A stretch of DNA of 64,000 bases from the human T2T-CHM13v2.0 reference genome, Homo sapiens, in NCBI RefSeq assembly GCF_009914755.1, contig NC_060947.1; one strand, written 5' to 3'. Positions 52,601 through 64,000 of this stretch are shown piece after piece. The first letter of the stretch is position 1, and each line of letters begins with the position of its first letter. The notes beneath the pieces are model-generated. The model did not search any database. It saw only the letters and a program-made list of their open reading frames with translations, and had not been told where the DNA came from. Made by a program: the position numbers and the translations under genes.

Positions 52601-55600
52601 TCCACTTGCAGATTCTGCCAAAAGAATATTTCAAAACTGCTCTATGAAAAGCAATGTTAAACTCTGTGGCTCGAACACAAACATCACAAAGCGGTTTCTG
52701 AGAATGCTTCAGTTTAGTTTTTCTGTGGAAATATTCCCGTTTCCAAAGAAATCTTCAAAGAGGTCCACGTATCCACTTACAGATTCTACAAAAGGACAGT
52801 TTCAAAACTGCTCCATCAAAAGGAGGGTTCAACTGTGTGACTTGAATGCAATCATCACTCAGAAGTTTCTGAGAATGCTTCTCTTTAGTTTTTACGTGAA
52901 CATATACCCGTTTCGAATGAAGGCCAGCCAGTGGTCCAAATATCCACTTGCAGATTCTACAGAAAGAGTGTTTCGAACCTGAACTCTCAAAGGCAGGTTC
53001 ATCTCTGCGAGTTAAATGCATTCATCATGAAGAACTTTCTCAGAGTGTTTGTGTTTAGTTATGGGAAATTATTCCCGTTTCCAACGAAATCCTCAGAGAG
53101 CTCCAAATATCCACCTGCAGATTCTACCAAAAGTGTATTTGGAAACTGCTCCATCAAAAGGCATGTTCAGCTCTGTGAGTGAAACTCCATCATCACAAAG
53201 AATATTCTGAGAATGCTTCCGTTTGCCTTTTATATGAAGTTCCTTCCTATACGACCGTAGGCCTCAAAGCAGTCCAAATCTCCATTTGCAGATTCTACAA
53301 AAAGAGTGATTCCAATCTGCTCTATCAATAGGATTGTTCAACTCCATGAGTTGAATGCCATCCTCACAAAGTCGTTTCTGAGAATGCTTCTATCTAGTTT
53401 TTATGTGAAGATATTTCCTTTTCCACCACAGGCCTCAAAGCCCTCCAAACGTCCACTTGCAGATTCTCGAAAAAGAGTGTTTCATAGCTGCTCTTTCAAA
53501 AGGAAAGTTCAACTCTGGGAGTTGAATACAAACATCACAAAGTAGTTTCCGAGAATGCTTCTGTTTAGTTTTTATGTGAAGATGATCGATCCCGTTTCCA
53601 GTGAAATCTTCAAAGAGGTCCACATATCCCCTTGCAGATTCCAAAGAAAGAGGGTTTCAAAACTGCTCCATCAGAAGGATTGTTCAACTCTGTGAGTTGA
53701 ATGCAGTCATCGCAGAAAACTTTCTGAGAATGCTTCTGTCTAGGTTTGATGTGAAGATATAGACGTTTCAAACGAAGGCTACAAAGTGGTCAAAATATAC
53801 ACTTGCAGATTCTACTACAAGGGTGTTGCAAACCTGAACTATCAAAGGAAGGTTCAACTCTGTGAGTTGAATACAAACATCACAAAGAATGTTCTGAGTT
53901 TGCTTCCGTTCAGTTATGGGAAGTTGATCCCGTTTCCAACGAAATCCTCAGAGAGGTCCAAATATCCCCTCGCAGATTCTACAAAACGTGTGTTTGGAAA
54001 CTGCTCCATCATAACGAATGTTCAGCTCCCTGAGTTAAACTCCATCGTCACAAAGAATTTTCTGAGAGTGCTACCGTCTGGTTTTTATATGAAGTTCTTT
54101 CCTTCACTACCACAGGCCTCAAAGCGGTCCAAATCTCCACTTGCAGATTCTACAAAAAGAGTGTTTGCAAACTGCTCTATCAAAAGGAATGTTCAACTCT
54201 GGGAGTTGAATGCAATCATCACAGAGCAGTTTCTGAGAATGCTTCTATGTCGTTTTTAGAAGATATTTCCTTTTCCAACACAGTCCTCCAAGCCCGCTAA
54301 ATAGCCACTTGCACATTGTAGAAAAAGTGTGTCAAAGCTGCGCTATCAAAGGGAAAGTTCAACTCTGTGAGGTGAATGCAAACATCCCAAAGAAGTTTCT
54401 GAGAATGCTTCCGTTTAGCTTTTAGGTGAAGATTATCCCGTTTCCAACGAAACCTTCAAAGAGGTCCAAATATCCCCTTGCGGATCCCACAGAAAGAGTG
54501 TTTCGAAACTGCTGTTTCAAAAGGAATCTTCAACTCTGTGAGTTGAATGCAATCATCACAAAGAAGTTTCTGACAATGCTTCTCTCTCGTCTTTCTGTGA
54601 AGATAAAGGAAAAGGCTTTCAGGCCTTTGCCACCACAGGCCTGAAAGCGCTCCAAATGTCCACTTGCAGATTCTGCCAAAAGAATATTTCAAAACTGCTC
54701 TATGAAAAGCAATGTTAAACTCTGTGGCTCGAACACAAACATCACAAAGCGGTTTCTGAGAATGCTTCAGTTTAGTTTTTCTGTGGAAATATTCCCGTTT
54801 CCAAAGAAATCTTCAAAGAGGTCCACGTATCCACTTACAGATTCTACAAAAGGACAGTTTCAAAACTGCTCCATCAAAAGGAGGGTTCAACTGTGTGACT
54901 TGAATGCAATCATCACTCAGAAGTTTCTGAGAATGCTTCTCTTTAGTTTTTACGTGAACATATACCCGTTTCGAATGAAGGCCAGCCAGTGGTCCAAATA
55001 TCCACTTGCAGATTCTACAGAAAGAGTGTTTCGAACCTGAACTCTCAAAGGCAGGTTCATCTCTGCGAGTTAAATGCATTCATCATGAAGAACTTTCTCA
55101 GCGTGTTTGTGTTTAGTTATGGGAAATTATTCCCGTTTCCAACGAAATCCTCAGAGAGCTCCAAATATCCACCTGCAGATTCTACCAAAAGTGTATTTGG
55201 AAACTGCTCCATCAAAAGGCATGTTCAGCTCTGTGAGTGAAACTCCATCATCACAAAGAATATTCTGAGAATGCTTCCGTTTGCCTTTTATATGAAGTTC
55301 CTTCCTATACGACCGTAGGCCTCAAAGCAGTCCAAATCTCCATTTGCAGATTCTACAAAAAGAGTGATTCCAATCTGCTCTATCAATAGGATTGTTCAAC
55401 TCCATGAGTTGAATGCCATCCTCACAAAGTCGTTTCTGAGAATGCTTCTATCTAGTTTTTATGTGAAGATATTTCCTTTTCCACCACAGGCCTCAAAGCC
55501 CTCCAAACGTCCACTTGCAGATTCTCGAAAAAGAGTGTTTCATAGCTGCTCTTTCAAAAGGAAAGTTCAACTCTGGGAGTTGAATACAAACATCACAAAG

Positions 55601-56690
55601 TAGTTTCCGAGAATGCTTCTGTTTAGTTTTTATGTGAAGATGATCCCGTTTCCAGTGAAATCTTCAAAGAGGTCCACATATCCCCTTGCAGATTCCAAAG
55701 AAAGAGGGTTTCAAAACTGCTCCATCAGAAGGATTGTTCAACTCTGTGAGTTGAATGCAGTCATCGCAGAAAACTTTCTGAGAATGCTTCTGTCTAGGTT
55801 TGATGTGAAGATATAGACGTTTCAAACGAAGGCTACAAAGTGGTCAAAATATACACTTGCAGATTCTACTACAAGGGTGTTGCAAACCTGAACTATCAAA
55901 GGAAGGTTCAACTCTGTGAGTTGAATACAAACATCACAAAGAATGTTCTGAGTTTGCTTCCGTTCAGTTATGGGAAGTTGATCCCGTTTCCAACGAAATC
56001 CTCAGAGAGGTCCAAATATCCCCTCGCAGATTCTACAAAACGTGTGTTTGGAAACTGCTCCATCATAACGAATGTTCAGCTCCCTGAGTTAAACTCCATC
56101 GTCACAAAGAATTTTCTGAGAGTGCTACCGTCTGGTTTTTATATGAAGTTCTTTCCTTCACTACCACAGGCCTCAAAGCGGTCCAAATCTCCACTTGCAG
56201 ATTCTACAAAAAGAGTGTTTGCAAACTGCTCTATCAAAAGGAATGTTCAACTCTGGGAGTTGAATGCAATCATCACAGAGCAGTTTCTGAGAATGCTTCT
56301 ATGTCGTTTTTAGAAGATATTTCCTTTTCCAACACAGTCCTCCAAGCCCGCTAAATAGCCACTTGCACATTGTAGAAAAAGTGTGTCAAAGCTGCGCTAT
56401 CAAAGGGAAAGTTCAACTCTGTGAGGTGAATGCAAACATCCCAAAGAAGTTTCTGAGAATGCTTCCGTTTAGCTTTTAGGTGAAGATTATCCCGTTTCCA
56501 ACGAAACCTTCAAAGAGGTCCAAATATCCCCTTGCGGATCCCACAGAAAGAGTGTTTCGAAACTGCTGTTTCAAAAGGAATCTTCAACTCTGTGAGTTGA
56601 ATGCAATCATCACAAAGAAGTTTCTGACAATGCTTCTCTCTCGTCTTTCTGTGAAGATAAAGGAAAAGGCTTTCAGGCCTTTGCCACCAC
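28690..56690 (-). repeat. HOR sub-array carrying indel variants (units 2053-2061 bp)
   Basis: A 3-bp deletion (ttttaggagaag to ttttagaag) in 11 units, a GATC duplication in 5 units, a 1-bp deletion in 2 units and the cctttgccacc SNP in 12 units. None of these was seen outside this interval. Confidence 0.88.
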
Positions 56691-59600
56691 AGGCCTGAAA
56701 GCGCTCCAAATGTCCACTTGCAGATTCTGCGAAAAGAATATTTCAAAACTGCTCTATGAAAAGCAATGTTAAACTCTGTGGCTCGAACACAAACATCACA
56801 AAGCGGTTTCTGAGAATGCTTCAGTTTAGTTTTTCTGTGGAAATATTCCCGTTTCCAAAGAAATCTTCAAAGAGGTCCACGTATCCACTTACAGATTCTA
56901 CAAAAAGACAGTTTCAAAACTGCTCCATCAAAAGGAGTGTTCAACCGTGTGACTTGAATGCAATCATCACTCAGAAGTATCTGAGAATGCTTCTCTTTAG
57001 TTTTTACGTGAACATATACCCGTTTCGAACGAAGGCCACCCAGTGGTCCAAATATCCACTTGCAGATTATACAGAAAGAGTGTTTCGAACCTGAACTCTC
57101 AAAGGCAGGTTCATCTCTGCGAGTTAAATGCATTCATCATGAAGAACTTTCTCAGAGTGTTTGTGTTTAGTTATGGGAAATTATTCCCGTTTCCAACGAA
57201 ATACTCAGAGAGCTCCAAATATCCACCTGCAGATTCTACCAAAAGTGTATTTGGAAACTGCTCCATCAAAAGGCATGTTCAGCTCTGTGAGTGAAACTCC
57301 ATCATCACAAAGAATATTCTGAGAATGCTTCCGTTTGCCTTTTATATGAAGTTCCTTCCTGTACTACCGTAGGCCTCAAAGCAGTCCAAATCTCCATTTG
57401 CAGATTCTATAAAAAGAGTGATTCCAATCTGCTCTATCAATAGGATTGTTCAACTCCATGAGTTGAATGCCATCCTCACAAAGTAGTTTCTGAGAATGCT
57501 TCTATCTGGTTTTTGTGTGAAGATATTTCCTTTTCCACCACAGGCCTCAAAGCCCTCCAAACGTCCACTTGCAGATTCTAGAAAAAGAGTGTTTCATAGC
57601 TGCTCTTTCAAAAGGAAAGTTCAACTCTGGGAGTTGAATACAAACATCACAAAATAGTTTCCGAGAATGCTTCTGTTTAGTTTTTATGTGAAGATGATCC
57701 CGTTTCCAGTGAAATCTTCAAAGAGGTCCACATATCCTCTTGCAGATTCCAAAGAAAGAGGGTTTCAAAACTGCTCCATCAAAAGGATTGTTCAACTCTG
57801 TGAGTTGAATGCAGTCATCGCAGAAAACTTTCTGAGAATGCTTCTGTCTAGGTTTGATGTGAAGATATAGATGTTTCAAACGAAGGCTACAAAGTGGTCA
57901 AAATATACACTTGCAGATTCTACTACAAGAGTGTTGCAAACCTGAACTATCAAAGGAAGGTTCAACTCTGTGAGTTGAATACAAACATCACAAAGAATGT
58001 TCTGAGTTTGCTTCCGTTCAGTTATGGGAAGTTGATCCCGTTTCCAACGAAATCCTCAGAGAGGTCCAAATATCCCCTTGCAGATTCTACAAAACGTGTG
58101 TTTGTAAACTGCTCCATCATAACGAATGTTCAGCTCCCTGAGTTAAACTCCATCGTCACAAAGAATTTTCTGAGAGTGCTACCGTCTGGTTTTTATATGA
58201 AGTTCTTTCCTTCACTACCACAGGCCTCAAAGCGGTCCAAATCTCCACTTGCAGATTCTACAAAAAGAGTGTTTGCAAACTGCTCTATCAAAAGGAATGT
58301 TCAACTCTGGGAGTTGAATGCAATCATCACAGAGCAGTTTCTGAGAATGCTTCTATGTCGTTTTTAGGAGAAGATATTTCCTTTTCCAACACAGTCCTCC
58401 AAGCCTGCTAAATAGCAACTTGCACATTGTAGAAAAAGTGTGTCAAAGCTGCGCTATCAAAGGGAAAGTTCAACTCTGTGAGGTGAATGCAAACATCCCA
58501 AAGAAGTTTCTGAGAATGCTTCTGTTTAGCCTTTAGGTGAAGATTATCCCGTTTCCAACGAAACCTTCAAAGAGGTCCAAATATCCCCTTGCGGATCCCA
58601 CAGAAAGAGTGTTTCGAAACTGCTGTTTCAAAAGGAATCTTCAACTCTGTGAGTTGAATGCAATCATCACAAAGAAGTTTCTGACAATGCTTCTCTCTCG
58701 TCTTTCTGTGAAGATAAAGGAAAAGGCTTTCAGGCCTTTTCCACCACAGGCCTGAAAGCGCTCCAAATGTCCACTTGCAGATTCTGCGAAAAGAATATTT
58801 CAAAACTGCTCTATGAAAAGCAATGTTAAACTCTGTGGCTCGAACACAAACATCACAAAGCGGTTTCTGAGAATGCTTCAGTTTAGTTTTTCTGTGGAAA
58901 TATTCCCGTTTCCAAAGAAATCTTCAAAGAGGTCCACGTATCCACTTACAGATTCTACAAAAAGACAGTTTCAAAACTGCTCCATCAAAAGGAGGGTTCA
59001 ACCGTGTGACTTGAATGCAATCATCACTCAGAAGTTTCTGAGAATGCTTCTCTTTAGTTTTTACGTGAACATATACCCGTTTCGAACGAAGGCCACCCAG
59101 TGGTCCAAATATCCACTTGCAGATTATACAGAAAGAGTGTTTCGAACCTGAACTCTCAAAGGCAGGTTCATCTCTGCGAGTTAAATGCATTCATCATGAA
59201 GAACTTTCTCAGAGTGTTTGTGTTTAGTTATGGGAAATTATTCCCGTTTCCAAAGAAATCCTCAGAGAGCTCCAAATATCCACCTGCAGATTCTACCAAA
59301 AGTGTATTTGGAAACTGCTCCATCAAAAGGCATGTTCAGCTCTGTGAGTGAAACTCCATCATCACAAAGAATATTCTGAGAATGCTTCCGTTTGCCTTTT
59401 ATATGAAGTTCCTTCCTGTACTACCGTAGGCCTCAAAGCAGTCCAAATCTCCATTTGCAGATTCTACAAAAAGAGTGATTCCAATCTGCTCTATCAATAG
59501 GATTGTTCAACTCCATGAGTTGAATGCCATCCTCACAAAGCAGTTTCTGAGAATGCTTCTATCTGGTTTTTGTGTGAAGATATTTCCTTTTCCACCACAG

Positions 59601-62600
59601 GCCTCAAAGCCCTCCAAACGTCCACTTGCAGATTCTCGAAAAAGAGTGTTTCATAGCTGCTCTTTCAAAAGGAAAGTTCAACTCTGGCAGTTGAATACAA
59701 ACATCACAAAATAGTTTCCGAGAATGCTTCTGTTTAGTTTTTATGTGAAGATGATCCCGTTTCCAGTGAAATCTTCAAAGAGGTCCACATATCCCCTTGC
59801 AGATTCCAAAGAAAGAGGGTTTCAAAACTGCTCCATCAGAAGGATTGTTCAACTCTGTGAGTTGAATGCAGTCATCGCAGAAAACTTTCTGAGAATGCTT
59901 CTGTCTAGGTTTGATGTGAAGATATAGACGTTTCAAACGAAGGCTACAAAGTGGTCAAAATATACACTTGCAGATTCTACTACAAGGGTGTTGCAAACCT
60001 GAACTATCAAAGGAAGGTTCAACTCTGTGAGTTGAATACAAACATCACAAAGAATGTTCTGAGTTTGCTTCCGTTCAGTTATGGGAAGTTGATCCCGTTT
60101 CCAACGAAATCCTCAGAGAGGTCCAAATATCCCCTCACAGATTCTACAAAACGTGTGTTTGGAAACTGCTCCATCATAACGAATGTTCAGCTCCCTGAGT
60201 TAAACTCCATCGTCACAAAGAATTTTCTGAGAGTGCTACCGTCTGGTTTTTATATGAAGTTCTTTCCTTCACTACCACAGGCCTCAAAGCGGTCCAAATC
60301 TCCACTTGCAGATTCTACAAAAAGAGTGTTTGCAAACTGCTCTATCAAAAGGAATGTTCAACTCTGGGAGTTGAATGCAATCATCACAGAGCAGTTTCTG
60401 AGAATGCTTCTATGTCGTTTTTAGGAGAAGATATTTCCTTTTCCAACACAGTCCTCCAAGCCCGCTAAATAGCCACTTGCACATTGTAGAAAAAGTGTGT
60501 CAAAGCTGCGCTATCAAAGGGAAAGTTCAACTCTGTGAGGTGAATGCAAACATCCCAAAGAAGTTTCTGAGAATGCTTCCGTTTAGCTTTTAGGTGAAGA
60601 TTATCCCGTTTCCAACGAAACCTTCAAAGAGGTCCAAATATCCCCTTGCGGATCCCACAGAAAGAGTGTTTCGAAACTGCTGTTTCAAAAGGAATCTTCA
60701 ACTCTGTGAGTTGAATGCAATCATCACAAAGAAGTTTCTGACAATGCTTCTCTCTCGTCTTTCTGTGAAGATAAAGGAAAAGGCTTTCAGGCCTTTTCCA
60801 CCACAGGCCTGAAAGCGCTCCAAATGTCCACTTGCAGATTCTGCGAAAAGAATATTTCAAAACTGCTCTATGAAAAGCAATGTTAAACTCTGTGGCTCGA
60901 ACACAAACATCACAAAGCGGTTTCTGAGAATGCTTCAGTTTAGTTTTTCTGTGGAAATATTCCCGTTTCCAAAGAAATCTTCAAAGAGGTCCACGTATCC
61001 ACTTACAGATTCTACAAAAAGACAGTTTCAAAACTGCTCCATCAAAAGGAGGGTTCAACCGTGTGACTTGAATGCAATCATCACTCAGAAGTTTCTGAGA
61101 ATGCTTCTCTTTAGTTTTTACGTGAACATATACCCGTTTCGAACGAAGGCCACCCAGTGGTCCAAATATCCACTTGCAGATTATACAGAAAGAGTGTTTC
61201 GAACCTGAACTCTCAAAGGCAGGTTCATCTCTGCGAGTTAAATGCATTCATCATGAAGAACTTTCTCAGAGTGTTTGTGTTTAGTTATGGGAAATTATTC
61301 CCGTTTCCAAAGAAATCCTCAGAGAGCTCCAAATATCCACCTGCAGATTCTACCAAAAGTGTATTTGGAAACTGCTCCATCAAAAGGCATGTTCAGCTCT
61401 GTGAGTGAAACTCCATCATCACAAAGAATATTCTGAGAATGCTTCCGTTTGCCTTTTATATGAAGTTCCTTCCTGTACTACCGTAGGCCTCAAAGCAGTC
61501 CAAATCTCCATTTGCAGATTCTACAAAAAGAGTGATTCCAATCTGCTCTATCAATAGGATTGTTCAACTCCATGAGTTGAATGCCATCCTCACAAAGCAG
61601 TTTCTGAGAATGCTTCTATCTGGTTTTTGTGTGAAGATATTTCCTTTTCCACCACAGGCCTCAAAGCCCTCCAAACGTCCACTTGCAGATTCTCGAAAAA
61701 GAGTGTTTCATAGCTGCTCTTTCAAAAGGAAAGTTCAACTCTGGGAGTTGAATACAAACATCACAAAATAGTTTCCGAGAATGCTTCTGTTTAGTTTTTA
61801 TGTGAAGATGATCCCGTTTCCAGTGAAATCTTCAAAGAGGTCCACATATCCCCTTGCAGATTCCAAAGAAAGAGGGTTTCAAAACTGCTCCATCAGAAGG
61901 ATTGTTCAACTCTGTGAGTTGAATGCAGTCATCGCAGAAAACTTTCTGAGAATGCTTCTGTCTAGGTTTGATGTGAAGATATAGACGTTTCAAACGAAGG
62001 CTACAAAGTGGTCAAAATATACACTTGCAGATTCTACTACAAGGGTGTTGCAAACCTGAACTATCAAAGGAAGGTTCAACTCTGTGAGTTGAATACAAAC
62101 ATCACAAAGAATGTTCTGAGTTTGCTTCCGTTCAGTTATGGGAAGTTGATCCCGTTTCCAACGAAATCCTCAGAGAGGTCCAAATATCCCCTCGCAGATT
62201 CTACAAAACGTGTGTTTGGAAACTGCTCCATCATAACGAATGTTCAGCTCCCTGAGTTAAACTCCATCGTCACAAAGAATTTTCTGAGAGTGCTACCGTC
62301 TGGTTTTTATATGAAGTTCTTTCCTTCACTACCACAGGCCTCAAAGCGGTCCAAATCTCCACTTGCAGATTCTACAAAAAGAGTGTTTGCAAACTGCTCT
62401 ATCAAAAGGAATGTTCAACTCTGGGAGTTGAATGCAATCATCACAGAGCAGTTTCTGAGAATGCTTCTATGTCGTTTTTAGGAGAAGATATTTCCTTTTC
62501 CAACACAGTCCTCCAAGCCCGCTAAATAGCCACTTGCACATTGTAGAAAAAGTGTGTCAAAGCTGCGCTATCAAAGGGAAAGTTCAACTCTGTGAGGTGA

Positions 62601-64000
62601 ATGCAAACATCCCAAAGAAGTTTCTGAGAATGCTTCCGTTTAGCTTTTAGGTGAAGATTATCCCGTTTCCAACGAAACCTTCAAAGAGGTCCAAATATCC
62701 CCTTGCGGATCCCACAGAAAGAGTGTTTCGAAACTGCTGTTTCAAAAGGAATCTTCAACTCTGTGAGTTGAATGCAATCATCACAAAGAAGTTTCTGACA
62801 ATGCTTCTCTCTCGTCTTTCTGTGAAGATAAAGGAAAAGGCTTTCAGGCCTTTTCCACCACAGGCCTGAAAGCGCTCCAAATGTCCACTTGCAGATTCTG
62901 CCAAAAGAATATTTCAAAACTGCTCTATGAAAAGCAATGTTAAACTCTGCGGCTCGAACACAAACATCACAAAGCGGTTTCTGAGAATGCTTCAGTTTAG
63001 TTTTTCTGTGGAAATATTCCCGTTTCCAAAGAAATCTTCAAAGAGGTCCACGTATCCACTTACAGATTCTACAAAAAGACAGTTTCAAAACTGCTCCATC
63101 AAAAGGAGGGTTCAACCGTGTGACTTGAATGCAATCATCACTCAGAAGTTTCTGAGAATGCTTCTCTTTAGTTTTTACGTGAACATATACCCGTTTCGAA
63201 CGAAGGCCACCCAGTGGTCCAAATATCCACTTGCAGATTATACAGAAAGAGTGTTTCGAACCTGAACTCTCAAAGGCAGGTTCATCTCTGCGAGTTAAAT
63301 GCATTCATCATGAAGAACTTTCTCAGAGTGTTTGTGTTTAGTTATGGGAAATTATTCCCGTTTCCAAAGAAATCCTCAGAGAGCTCCAAATATCCACCTG
63401 CAGATTCTACCAAAAGTGTATTTGGAAACTGCTCCATCAAAAGGCATGTTCAGCTCTGTGAGTGAAACTCCATCATCACAAAGAATATTCTGAGAATGCT
63501 TCCGTTTGCCTTTTATATGAAGTTCCTTCCTGTACTACCGTAGGCCTCAAAGCAGTCCAAATCTCCATTTGCAGATTCTACAAAAAGAGTGATTCCAATC
63601 TGCTCTATCAATAGGATTGTTCAACTCCATGAGTTGAATGCCATCCTCACAAAGCAGTTTCTGAGAATGCTTCTATCTGGTTTTTGTGTGAAGATATTTC
63701 CTTTTCCACCACAGGCCTCAAAGCCCTCCAAACGTCCACTTGCAGATTCTCGAAAAAGAGTGTTTCATAGCTGCTCTTTCAAAAGGAAAGTTCAACTCTG
63801 GGAGTTGAATACAAACATCACAAAATAGTTTCCGAGAATGCTTCTGTTTAGTTTTTATGTGAAGATGATCCCGTTTCCAGTGAAATCTTCAAAGAGGTCC
63901 ACATATCCCCTTGCAGATTCCAAAGAAAGAGGGTTTCAAAACTGCTCCATCAGAAGGATTGTTCAACTCTGTGAGTTGAATGCAGTCATCGCAGAAAACT

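Larger units (their letters stand above)
1..64000 (-). repeat. DXZ1: Alpha-satellite higher-order repeat array, ~31 tandem copies of a 12-monomer ~2057-bp HOR; consistent with human X centromere DXZ1
   Basis: Alphoid motifs (ttcaactctgtgagttgaatgc, tttctgagaatgcttct, ccacttgcagattctac) recur every ~171 bp. The same ORF starts at 313, 2370, 4427 ... 27054 (exact 2057 period) and continues to 62008 with 2053-2061 spacings. One GGATCC per unit. A 2057-bp 12-mer cut once by BamHI is the established DXZ1 signature. Strand follows CENP-B box orientation. Confidence 0.96.

Noticed and set aside
1-64000. CRISPR-like or other repeat-spacer array
   Set aside because: Sequences between the conserved motifs are homologous monomer sequence repeated every 2057 bp, not unique spacers. 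No cas or other genes are present.
1-64000. LINE/Alu insertion, inversion, or monomer-deleted HOR structural variant
   Set aside because: All unit-to-unit spacings fall between 2053 and 2061 bp and orientation never switches, leaving no room for an insertion or a lost monomer.
1-64000. Assignment to the active kinetochore (CENP-A / hypomethylated dip) subregion
   Set aside because: This is epigenetically defined and cannot be determined from sequence alone.

Overview
The whole 64-kb window is primate centromeric alpha-satellite DNA: about 31 head-to-tail copies of a ~2057-bp higher-order repeat (HOR), each made of 12 ~171-bp monomers. The 2057-bp 12-mer, one BamHI site per unit and the 5+2+5 pentameric arrangement match the human X-chromosome centromeric array DXZ1 (suprachromosomal family 3). 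CENP-B boxes read on the minus strand throughout, and I saw no inversion, transposon insertion, truncated HOR or real gene; all listed ORFs are incidental translations of the satellite. I found no new gene system. The notable structure is inside the array: (i) a 186-bp monomer whose insertion is built from inverted copies of adjacent sequence and forms two mutually exclusive hairpins; (ii) variants recurring with a 3-HOR (6171-bp) period on the left and a 2-HOR (~4.11-kb) period in the middle; (iii) haplotype blocks marked by small indels; (iv) recent local duplications; (v) non-random CENP-B box loss; (vi) two locally divergent HOR segments. Variant calls were read by eye and need alignment to confirm.
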